From positions 310,001 through 374,000 of the forward strand of contig OZ218953.1 of the NCBI GenBank assembly GCA_965112735.1: a DNA stretch of 64,000 nt. The letters are read 5' to 3'. Positions 35,701 through 46,700 of this stretch are shown in pieces. Numbering within the stretch: the first letter of the stretch is position 1; every line of letters begins with the position of its first letter. The translations under genes and the position numbers were made by a program. The notes beneath the pieces were generated by a model, which saw only the letters and a list, made by a program, of their open reading frames with translations, searched no databases and was not told where the DNA came from. This DNA comes from Phaeosaccion multiseriatum. Its lineage: Eukaryota > Protista > Ochrophyta, other classes.

Positions 35701-38700
35701 GACGAAGCAGAGCTCGCGCACGATCGTATCGAACGACTGCTCCACGAAGAGGGCACTCCTCACGAGTGTCCGTAGACTCGCAGAGGTGTCGGGGTTGCCC
35801 AGTAGCAGCGGTTGCCACACTCGAGCTCGCTGCTCCCAAGCCCTGGGCATACAGATGATCGTCAATACGGACCGGTATGGAAGGGGGGGTGAGATGCAAA
35901 GGTTCGTCAGTTTAGGGGGAGAGAGGCCGGCCGCCGCAGGCACTGCACGCGTACATGTGCGCTTCCGCAAAACTTCTGCCATCGTACTACGTACGCTTGC
36001 TCGCTTCTCTCTTACCTGTGGATAAGTAGAGCCGCGTTCTTGTATTCCTCGTCCACATCACTGATGACCTCCAGAAGGTCCCAGACAGGCACGAGAGCCT
36101 CTGCAGCCAGCCAGAGCAAAAGAAGGAGAGGGGAAGGGGGCAAGCAACAGGGAGGACACAGCCACAGCGATCGGGGGAGGGGGGTTGTGAGGATAAAATG
36201 CAGCTGCGACACACCACCCCCTGCCTAGCTACGCTACAGTACTTCCCTCTCCCTCCCTCACTCACTCACTCACTCACTCACTCACTCCCTCACTCTTTCC
36301 CTCTACTACAACACTCCTTCTGTCTCCCTCCCTCTTCACCCAGCCAGCCACTCTCACTCACCCAACGGGCCCCTGTCAATGCATGACCATGATCGGGTGT
36401 TCTGCAGCAGCTCCTCACCGAAGCCGTCCACTGAGGCAGCGTTTGGACCGAGTGACTGAGCGAGAGAGAAAAAATGAATGAAGGGGGGGGGGAGGGGGGT
36501 TGATGAGGATGTGCTGGTGTCTTCAAGTCTAACATGAACTGGGCTTCCTGCCCTCTCTCTCTTGCTATTTTACGTACTCACCTTGACCGTGGTCTCGAAG
36601 AAAGCCGTCTCCTCGCGTTCGTCTGTGTTCTCTCCCGTCGCGTTGGTCTTGAACTTCACCTTGGAGGTCTCTGTGCTTTTGCTGAAGTTGGCGCCAAACC
36701 CTCCACTGAGACTGAAACCCTTGATGCCTAAGCCTCCGCCCAAGCCCAGACTGTTTGGAAAAGACAAAAACACGTGTTGATTGTCATCGGGGGGAGTTGT
36801 CGTACAGGAGTTGGGTTGTTGGGTGCAGCCGGCCGGGTCATATCAAATGTGAGTGAAGCAAGAGAGGGCACATGTCTTGACAAGTTTGTTTCTTGTTCAA
36901 TAAAAAGGGACAATCGTAGCTACCCCGTACAACCTGTCAGCCTCTCACACCCCCCCCCCCCCCAAACTCACTCACTGACTCACCCCACGGCTTTCGACTT
37001 GCCCTTGGTGTTGCTGTTGTGCTCGCCGGCCTCTGCAAAAAGTTGCTCCGTGGAGACTGCTTTCTTGGAGCTCATGGTGGTGGTGCGGAAGAACACCCCT
37101 CCCAGCAAGTGCCTTCCCATAGAGACATCTGCAAAGGGAAGTGGAGGGGGGAAGGGGGTCGCACCCGAGGAGAGGCAGGGGTGGAGGAAGGAGGGAGAGA
37201 GAGGGAGCGAAAAGGGGCGAAAGAAGGGAGGGAGACGCGGAGGAGGCGAGTGTCAGAGTGTCAGAGTGGTCCTTTACTAGGGGCTCTTCCCCCGATACGG
37301 CCTCACTTACCATAAAAAAACAGCGACGGAAGTCAAAGCAATTGGCAAAGCAAGGCAAGCAAGGCAAAAGCAAGGGCGGAGGATGTAACTTACGTGAGCC
37401 GAACATGTCAAGGAACGCCTTGGCCTTGAGCGTGGTGTCGACCTCTTTGGCGTATTTCTTGGCCTCTTCCGTCAGCTTCATCTGGTCTCGCGGAATACGG
37501 AAGGTCCGCATGGGGCACTTGACATACTCCAGAATGATCGCCGTTTTGGCGAGGCCCTGTCTGGCCAACTCCTTGGTCTCTCTCTCTTGTTCCGCCTTGA
37601 CCTTTTCCTTTTGTCGTGTGTTACCCCCCCCTTTCGTCCCAGTCCCCGCCGCGCCAGGGCCACCAGGAAGAAGGCCAGGCTTCGTAAATGATGCCGACCC
37701 TCCCTTGGAAAGCCCAAACGACGTGACGCTGCTTTCGGCCACGGAAACTCCCGCAGAGGAGACGGTGCTGATGAAACTGCTCGCAGCTGATTCCTCAGTG
37801 GTCTTGAAGACGCGGCTTTCCAACCCGGTGTCGGGCCCCGTCCTGTGGTAACAGTGGTTGGTTGCAGGAGAGAAATAGGGGGCGAGCGAGAGGATGGAGG
37901 TCTAGCGAGTGACGTAGTAGGTTGAACACCATACAACAACAACAACAACAACAAAAACAACGAACAGACTCGTCCTTCCCCTCCACAGGCAGCCAGCGCC
38001 ATACTTACATTTCAACGAAGGTTGGTTTCTGCAGGAGCGGAGCGTAGGGGCGTTGGGCGATGGTGCCGTCGTCGAGGTCGCCAAAGAAGGACACACCGTA
38101 CAGAGCGATGCCCCCCGAAGCTCCAGCCACGAGATCTTCGTTGTTCTCATACGACTTCAGCACCCCGTTTCCGGTGGGGAAGGACAGAGCAGACTGGGCT
38201 TCAGCCTCTGCGAGCAGGCGCGCCGACCCTGCAAGAAAGAGGGGTGGAACAAGAAAGAACAAGAAGAGGTGGGAAGCGAGGCGAGGCGTGTGTCGGAGGG
38301 ATGGAAATGGATTCAAGCTTTCTTGGAACATCAGGCAGGGGGTTTTCCTAGTTCGGGCAAGACAAGGTGCGTTGTTCCGACGCATAGCTAGCTGGGCTTT
38401 GAACACTCGGGCCGCTCCTTCATCTCCCACCCACCTTGCAAATTGGCCTTCCAGTCCGCAGGCGGCTGTGCTGCCTGCCTGACCTCGTCGAGGCGCTGCG
38501 CCAACTCGTCCTCGCTCTTGTTCACGAGGTCCTGCAGGAGTCCATTGTATTGTTGGGGGATCATGTCAGAGTGAGGCGTGGGACAACCAATCGCAACGAG
38601 AACAGGTCAGGCCAGGGTACAGCCACCCATCCATCACACTCCAGCCACCAACCTTCCACTTTTACCGAGGCACTGCCCGTTCGTGCCGTTAGCCAAAGGC

Positions 38701-39251
38701 CAAGAGGTTAGAGGTCTTAGCCTGTGTTACAGCCATGCACGCCCCCTTATTCTACTGGCTGGACTGCTGCATGCAAACATAAATACATGGAGAAGAACAC
38801 TCCCGCTTCTTCGGCCGCTGATCCCTATCTCCCCCCCCTCCCCCCCCCCCCCCTCTCTTCCTCTTGCTTCTTCCTAGTCTTCTTTCCTTCCCAACAAAAC
38901 AAGAGCAAGGTAACATTTCCCTCTCCTTCCTAATTTCCTCTTACTTCTCTTGACTTACTTTGGTGTTGAGTTTGTCGAGCGCCGCTTGGGTCTTGTCGGC
39001 ATAGGCCTGAGCCTGCTTGACATGAGACGCCAGTTCACCCGCCGCAAAATTGGTTGGAGACTTTGGAAAAAGAATCCCAAGCGCACGCGAGAACGCTTCT
39101 GAAGCGGCAGGGCTTGATAGCAGACCCCCTAGCAGACCCCCAGGCGCACTGCTTTGTGCAGGCGGGGCAGCACCGCCGGGCCTGCTTCCGTTGTTTTGCA
39201 TCGCTTGGAGCTTGGCTCCCAGAATCCGGCTGCTGTTGGTGGTGGTGGTGG

Positions 39252-39318
<67 letters not shown>

Positions 39319-41047
39319 GGTGATGGTGGTCTCCTTCGTGACGATGGTTCGGACGTGCTCGCTAATGTCCGCGGCTTTGAACACTTTGAGCCCTTCCAGA
39401 ACCTCGGATAGCTCCATGCTCAAACCTTCGGGGCATGGAAGAGAAAGGGAGGAAGTAAGTGGCTGAGGGAGTGAGAAACCAAGGGAGTGAGCGACGGGGT
39501 GAGAGATGACTAAAAGTGAGAGAATGACTACATTAGTGGGCTGGACGAGAGAATGAGTGCGCACTGGTTGGAGGGGCGGGTTGGAATGGGGAGGAGAGAG
39601 AGATGTTCAGCTGTATACGATAATAACCGTGGCGCTTGCGACTCAGTCTCACCGTTGGCAAGTAGCTCTGAGCGAATGGCCGGGACTCCCGGCGCGGACG
39701 GCTCTGCGAACAGCTCCTTGATGAGCTGCGGGGAGAGAGAGAGAGAGACAGAGAGACAAGAGTGAGAGAGAGAGAAAAGGAGGTGAGAAACATGTGCGAA
39801 CGAGGTAAGGACTACTTAGACTAGGACCGAGTGACGTCTACCAGCATCGAACCAGAGAGGTTCTTACGCGCTGTGCATTAGCTTCATACATCTCAGAGTC
39901 ACAGAACCCTACCTACCTCGCGATCACTGGGTCCTGCAACTACGGCGGTGTTGTCCTCGCCCTCCTCATCGTATTCCTCGTCTTCTTCATCGGAGCCTTC
40001 ATCGTCGTCAAAATCCCCCTCCTCTTCTTCTCCTTCGGCTTCTTCTCCTTCGCTTTCCTTTCCCTCGTCCACCTCCGCATCTCCTTCCTGCGAGTCGTTG
40101 CCATCATCTAGCAGCAAGTCGGAACCGAGCAGGTCGTTGATGGCACTCCACTGCATGTGCTGCAGCTCCGTGACAGTCTTGACCTTGCTTAGCAAGTCCC
40201 TTGCCCACGCAGCGTTCACATTCACCCCTGCACAGGGTGTGGGGGGTAAGGGAAGTGAGGAAGCAAGTGAGGGAAGGAGGGAGTGTGTGAGTGGGCAAGT
40301 TAGACCAGTGAGTTGAGTTAAGCGAGTGGGAGAGTGAGTGAGTGAGTGAGTGAGTGAGTGAGTGAGTGAGTAATGAAGTGAAGCAGCTAAGGAGTGAGTG
40401 AGCCGCTTTGACGTACCACGGCTGAGGAGTGCACCTCTGAGCTGCAGCTCTCTTCCCAGAAGCAGGGTGACATCGTCCATCGCATCGTCCTTCTCGTCGG
40501 CTTTGTCGTCGTCGGAGATGGTCGGGACATCCAAGACACCTGCTCCACCACCGGGACAGCGAAACACAGAGGGGAGGAGCATGAGGTGCGGTTTTTCTTC
40601 AGGGTAGGCAGTAGGGTAGGTCTGCTCTGGCTGCCTTGGCTGTTGCTCACCTTGCTTCTTTAGGCCGTGCAGGTACACCGCAATGGCAGCGTTGTCTAGC
40701 GTGGCTAGGCCCATCTTCACCAAGACCAAACTCATGTCCTGGCCGACCTCGCCACGCTTTAGAATAGCCAGCAATGGGGGGGCCAGGGCCTCGTCCGCAA
40801 GCTTCTGGAGAGCAAAGCGGGAGGAGAGGCTAGCCGGCTTTACAGCAGCGACAGCCTCCTCCTCTCCAGCCGCAGCGGCGGGGGCACCAGAAGCAGCAAT
40901 AGCATACTCTTTCTTCTTTCTCTCGTCCTCTGCTTGTAGCAGCCCACGCAAACATCCCAAAACGAATCTCCTCTTTTCGGCCCCGCTAAGGCCGGCGCTT
41001 AGGGTCTCGATCTCCTTCACAGCAGCACTCACTGGATCCTCAGCCAT
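32720..41047 (-). CDS. GVIN1-like MACPF pore-forming domain protein with C-terminal beta-trefoil/MIR-like region, copy 1 (18 exons; 1-nt frameshift at ~34187)
   Basis: Spliced motifs ASGGIALYG, MTGPDTG, PMRTFRIPRDQMKLTEEA, FLDMFGSH|VSMGRHLLGGVFF, SLGP..WSCIDRGPL|EALVPVWDLL; C-terminal WQLQ..VKHGDEVF.KN and WTI..VRYGDVITL repeats. The junctions checked are GT-AG with consistent phase; exon 33915-34246 is 332 nt vs 333 nt in copy 2. Confidence 0.8.
39239..39329 (-). repeat. Coding (AAC)n/(ACC)n microsatellite: poly-Asn (~22) plus poly-Thr
   Basis: (TTG)n on the + strand; only 4 Asn at the equivalent site in copy 2 (~51217-51228). Confidence 0.9.
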
Positions 41048-42599
41048 CGTAGCCATAGACTAGCGGTGCGGCGGCAACGGTGTATGTGTGAGGTGTGTGA
41101 GGGACAAAATGGACCAAGATCTTCTTCACTTCTCCTTTCAGGCAGGCGGCATCACTTACAAGCAAGCAACTGGCTGGGTGAAGGGCGGTCCGTGACCAAA
41201 CTCGTTGAGCACCGACAACAGCAGCACCGGCGTTGAGAGAGCACAGAAGGGCGTGTGCTTTAGGGAGTGATGGAGTTACGGTGGGGGGTGGGGGGGGGGG
41301 ATTGGGGAAATCAAAAGGGGGGTATCCATTTTCTTTTCTTCCTTCAAATGCCGTGTAACTGCTGTAGATTCGGACCTACTGAAACTGAAACTGAAACTGA
41401 ATTATCCCCCCGCGGAGAGAGAGAGCGGAGAGGTGTGTATTTCCGGAGGAGCGGGAGACACTTTGCTTTGTCGACCCAAGTTGACCTGTCCGTCGCCCCC
41501 GCCCCGGTTTTTTCGTATTTCGCTGATGCCCCCTGTTTGCGCGCTCCATTAAACATTCCAGCAGCAGTAATGGCTTAGTGAAGGGTTGCTCATGGCAGGA
41601 AGGTGGCAGGGCTGGTAGTAGCAGCAGCAGTCAAGCAAAGAGAGGTACATTTCAAACCACCACACCACCAGCAGCAGCAGAGACAAATGGAGGAGAATGA
41701 AGAAGCTGTAGCGGGGCAGCACAAAAGGATGGAACAGCACCACCTGTGTGACAGTCCTGAAGAGATTTCTGGCGCACAGGGCTCTGAGAATACGAGTGGA
41801 AAGGCCACAGGAGCGCATGACGACGATGACAGTGATTGGGACGACGAGAGTTGGACGCAAGCCGTTGCTCTGGCAGATGAAGCCGCTGCGGCGGTAGTAT
41901 AACCAGCGACCGCTTCGAAACAGGGCACTCAAGCGGCAGTGGAGACTGAGTTTGCGACAATTGCCGCAGCACAGGAGGAGACGCGGTGAAACAATTGCAG
42001 ACAGCTAAGCAGAGATTGAAAATCGAGAAGGGGGGCTGTAGAAGATGCTTACGAGGAGGACGAGGCCGGCCCCTGAAGGGAATAAGCGAGAAGCTGCGTT
42101 GAATGGTGCAGCTAGGAAAGGAATTGATGAGGATTTGCTTCTCCCAGCGGAGAAGGAAGAGAAGCGAAAGAAGGACATGGAGGAGAGGAAAAGAAGGGCT
42201 GTGACTTGTATTCGAGCGCAGACAGGGTAGATGGTGCAAGTGGTGACCACTTCGTAGGGTTTTCTTCGCCGCCCCTTGGTTGCACGTCTAAGCGGTACGT
42301 TCTCAATGATTCTCCTCTTCCTTCTTGATGCCTGGCTGCTCTTGTCCACGCCCCCCGCCCACTCTGGGCCGCCCTTTCTGAACATACCTTGACACACTTA
42401 TTCCCAGTTGTTCTCGCCCCCTTTTTACATCTTTTTTTGTGCTAACAGGGGTGAGAAAGACGAGGATGAGGACGAGGAGGATGGAAATACGGGCGACAAG
42501 GGGGGGCGGTGGTGGTGGGGGAGGGTTTGGGAAGAAGAATAGACCACCAGCGCAGACTGAGTTCATCTAAGTAGCACTCGAGGCGGCAAGGGATCCAAA

Positions 42600-42825
42600 G
42601 GAAGGGTTGCCTACCTGGCAAACTCCCTACTACAGGGCCTCGACGCCAAGCCGCCAGTCTGAAGTGGGAGGGTATGCCCAACGTGACGTGTTTGTCTGGG
42701 CCCCCCACCTCTTCCACAACCTTGAAGAGTACCACCAGCAGCCTCTTTGCGCATGGGATGCATCGTCAGAGTGTGTACAAGCTAATGGGTGGACGTCGCC
42801 GCAGCGGGCTGTGTCTGTCACCATC
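42600..42825 (+). pseudogene. Possible transposon-associated domain remnant (DUF6729-like) in the inter-duplicate spacer
   Basis: RDVFVWAPHLFH..PLCAW..CVQANGWTSPQRAV resembles the F.W.P..CP..GW..PRRV pattern of DUF6729-type element proteins as remembered; it breaks into low-complexity GGA repeats. Confidence 0.3.
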
Positions 42826-43764
42826 CTCGAGCAGGAGGAGGAGGAGGAGGAGGGGAGGGAGGGAAGAGGGGGAGGGGGAGGAGGAGGAGGAGGACCATCA
42901 TCATCAGCAGCAAGAGAATCACAAGGAGGAGGAGGAGGAGGAGGAGGAGGAGGAGGAGGAGGAGGAGGAGGGGGGGGAGCAGGAGGAGAATCAGCTGTGG
43001 GAGGAGGAGGAGGAGCAACAGCAGGAGTAGGAGTAGCAGGTGGTGCTGGTGCTGGAGGAGACGGGGGGGGGGGGGAGGAGGAGGAAGAGTTGCAGGTGCT
43101 GCTGAGGCTGGAGAAGGAGGGGGGGAAGGAGGAGGGGGAGGAGCAGCAGCAGCAGCAGCCGCCGCAGCACTGTGGCCGGCACGGGGAGGATCAGGGGCAG
43201 GAGCATCTGTAGCGCCTGCAGAGGCTGCTGCTGCAGAGGGTGTCGCTTTCGGGGGAGGTGAGAGTATCCACGAGAGGCAGCTATGGAAGAGGACGGAGGC
43301 CGCGAAAAGGAGAAGAAGAGAGGCAGGCGAGGAGGGAAAGGAGAAGGCGAGGCACCTGAAAAAGGCAGCGCGGGAAAGGGAAAGATTACAGCAGGATGAG
43401 GACGGGCCAGAGGGTGATTTACCCGTTTCCGTGTGCATAGTATTGTATATACAACACTTAGGTAATCTACAGTTGCCTCTACTCTGTGGAGGAGAAGGAG
43501 AGAGTCGACAGAGAGGGGTGGCGCCGCAGGCCGGGAAAATTTCTAATTTCTTTTTTTTCTCCTTTTTTGGGCCGGCGGTCGACGTTAATAAGTGTGTGTA
43601 CCCAGTTTCCCAACTTCGCACGTGCTCTACGTTCGGGATTCCCGGTCCTCAATCGGTTCGGGAAAACGATTGAGGAAAGGGATTTGGCTGGGAAAGAAAT
43701 CGCAGACACCCCAATGCAAAAGAAAGAAATTATTTTTTTTTTTTTTTTTTAAATAAAAAAAAAT

Positions 43765-46700
43765 AAAGTACAACCCAAATAGCAGGGTTGAGGCTAGGCC
43801 TACTCATCACCAACACCCACCAGAAAGGATGAGTGCCACCACACTAGGATGCTACGGCCCCTCTGTAGCACATACACACACACACACACCACTTGCTTGT
43901 TCCACACGCGCCTAGCTACCCCCCGCGACAAATCCACTTACCAATCCTACCTTATCTTACTTAAGGGGGGCAACTCCACCTTCACCCTAGACCCCCCTTG
44001 CCGGGGCACTCTATGAGGAGGCAACGCCCAACCTCCCCTTCTCCCCGTACCCACTAACTACAAGTATATGAATATGAACCAATAATGAAAGAAACAGGAC
44101 ACCAACGACACCGAGCAAAGCCACAGCTAGCAACGAAGAGACAACAAGTCCGAAGACACGCTCCTCTAATCACCAACATCCATCACAATCACACAACTGA
44201 ATGAATGCCGCCAGCTCAGTACGAGAGTGCAAAACCCAGTCAGAGAAAAAAAAGGTCTGACAAAGGGAAGAACGCAACCCGACCCCCAAAAGAATAATGC
44301 ACTTAAAACAAAAGTACAACCCAAATAGCATGGCTGAGGCTACCAACGTAGAGAAAGACTGCCCCAGCAGTTCCCTACTCATCACCAACACCCACCAGAA
44401 AGGATGAGTGCCACCACACTAGGATGCTACAGCCCCTCTGTAGCACCACTTGCTTGTTTTCGTGTTCAACACGCACCAACACCCCGCCTCGTCTAGCTAA
44501 GCTCCTTCGTACGAGGAATCACGCCCCAACAGGTCAGCCGAGTCCAATGGCCGAAAAGAAAGGCGCCGCTTGTTGACGAACCCTTAGCTACTGCTCCGTT
44601 GTCGATCGGCCGTGCTCAGCTCTCCAGTCTCTCGGACTCGATCCCCTTACGAGATGGGCATGACTGTCCACTGAATCACCGACTGCTTGTTCACGGGTAC
44701 ACCCTTGACGGTGGCCATCATTGTCTTACCCGAGCCGCGGTCCTTAGTGTCCTTCTTATCTGAAACAGACAGGGAGCCAGTCTCGCACGTGAGCGTGATC
44801 TGTGGGGCACACCACAGCCATAACATAGGCGAGCGAAGGAAGGGAGGGGGGAGAGTGGAGCGGTGGAGGGGGGGAGCAACAAGGCGCAGGGGCGGAACAA
44901 GGTGGAAGGGAGGGAGCGAAGGAGGACGAGGGCGGGGGAGCGGGGGAGCAATTTAGGGAGCAGGGAAAGGAGGGCGGTAGAGGAAGGAGCGGGGGGGGGG
45001 GGGGAGGAGCGAGTGAGGGGAAGAGAGGGAGAAGGGGGAAGGGGGGGAGGGAGGCGGAGAGCAGAGAAAGGGGGTTGATGGCAAGACGGGTAGATCATAA
45101 CCAAGAGGAATCAAGAGGATCTGCTGCACTACTCAGATGGCCCCAACGGTGTGATTCTGAAACTGGTATAGCTAGGTACTAGGCCAAGAGGAAGAGCAAG
45201 GAAGCATGAAAGGAAAGATGCGAAGCGGGCAAGGAAGGAAGGCTCAAGGCAGGGAAAACTATACACACAAAACAAAGACAAAACAAACAGAGACGGTCGG
45301 AAGCGAAGGCACACGCACTCACCACGTCGCCGTAGCGGACACGCGTCTGATGCGGTGTGGGGGTACCTCCGATCGCTCTCTTAACGATGCGGATGGTCCA
45401 CTTGGTCCTGTTCGCGTATGGCTTGACCATGATCTTGCCGTCTGGGATCTTGTAGTTGGTTAGATACAAGTTGTCCTTGGGGGCGCACTTGCTCTTGATC
45501 CTTTGACGGTGCGGGGCTTGGGCAGTCATGGCTTTTCCTTTCGGTCGGAGCTGATTTTGGGGGGTAAGCAAACACCGAGCGTTGGGAAGGGCGAACAAGA
45601 ACGGCCAGTTTCAGTGCCAGCCAGTGCACGGCCGGATTCATCACACACCCCAAGTTAAGCAAAGACGGGGGAAGAGGGTATCAGCCAAGGTCAACGTAGA
45701 GTACTAACTAGCAGGATTGCAGGGCTACAGCCCCCATCAGCCAAGCCTGACTTGCTTCATTCGCGCTCTTTTTCTTACTTTGCTTCCTATAGTGCAGGGT
45801 GAAGGGGAGTTCCAGAATTTGCATGCCGGGCACTGTTCCACTCCCTTACCTTGTTCTTAAGGAAGACTTCATCTCCGTGCTTGACCCCTCCGACGGTGGT
45901 TCCTGGGTTTTGCAGCTGCCATTGCGCCTCAACTTGCTCATCTTTAGCCGAGGCAACCGCGAAGGTGTCGTAAACAACTTCCTCGTTCTGGAAGGCCCAT
46001 TTCTCCATTGCTTTCAACTGCGGGATGAACGTCTCCATTTGCCGAACGACTCCCGCCCCCTTGTTGTTAAAATACCGCTTTCCTTTATTTCTGTTCTTCT
46101 TTCGAGTAGTCTTCTCGAACTTATCGAAGTCCAATGAGCCTTTTAGCTCGGGCATCTTACCCGTGGAGCCTAGTCTCCTCCCCTAATATTGTATTTCGGG
46201 GTCACGGTGGAGACACGGTGGAGACAACATCATTCAGACGGTGGAGACAACATCATTCAGCAAGAAGAAGCAAGTTCAGAGTTGGAGAGAAGAAGAGAGC
46301 GAACGAGAAGGCAGACGCAAGTTATCTCACCTGGTCGCGCAAAGCGCGATACTTCGCCCCTATCTCCTTCTTTAAAGGCCACAGAACTTGTTCCCGTTTG
46401 CGGTCCAAGGTGTAGTAGTGGCTGCGGCCTCTATCCTTGAACTTCAGAATGGCCTTTTCGACAATCTTGTCATCTCTACTGGCCAGCTGCTCGTCCGTCA
46501 GTGAGAAGTACACAATCGTGGTATGAGGGATATTCGAGAGGCATGAATGAGAGATCTGAAACATGATAGCCTTGTGTCGCCTTGGCCAACCCGTTCCTCT
46601 CCCCCTCCCCCCTCTCTTCCCTTTCTTTCCTATAAAAGGAAATGATGACTTCTTTCAAAAACGAAATGATGAAACCATCGGAGCTTGTGAATCTGATTGA

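Larger units (their letters stand above)
31820..41410. repeat. Segmental duplication copy 1 (~9.6 kb)
   Basis: Collinear high identity with 43765-53470 in both exons and introns, e.g. 38005-38430 vs 49941-50366 give identical ORF-track translations. Confidence 0.95.

Noticed and set aside
42789-43673. 200-290 aa ORFs rich in poly-Gly/Arg/Leu
   Set aside because: Open only because of GGA/CAG triplet tracts in several frames.
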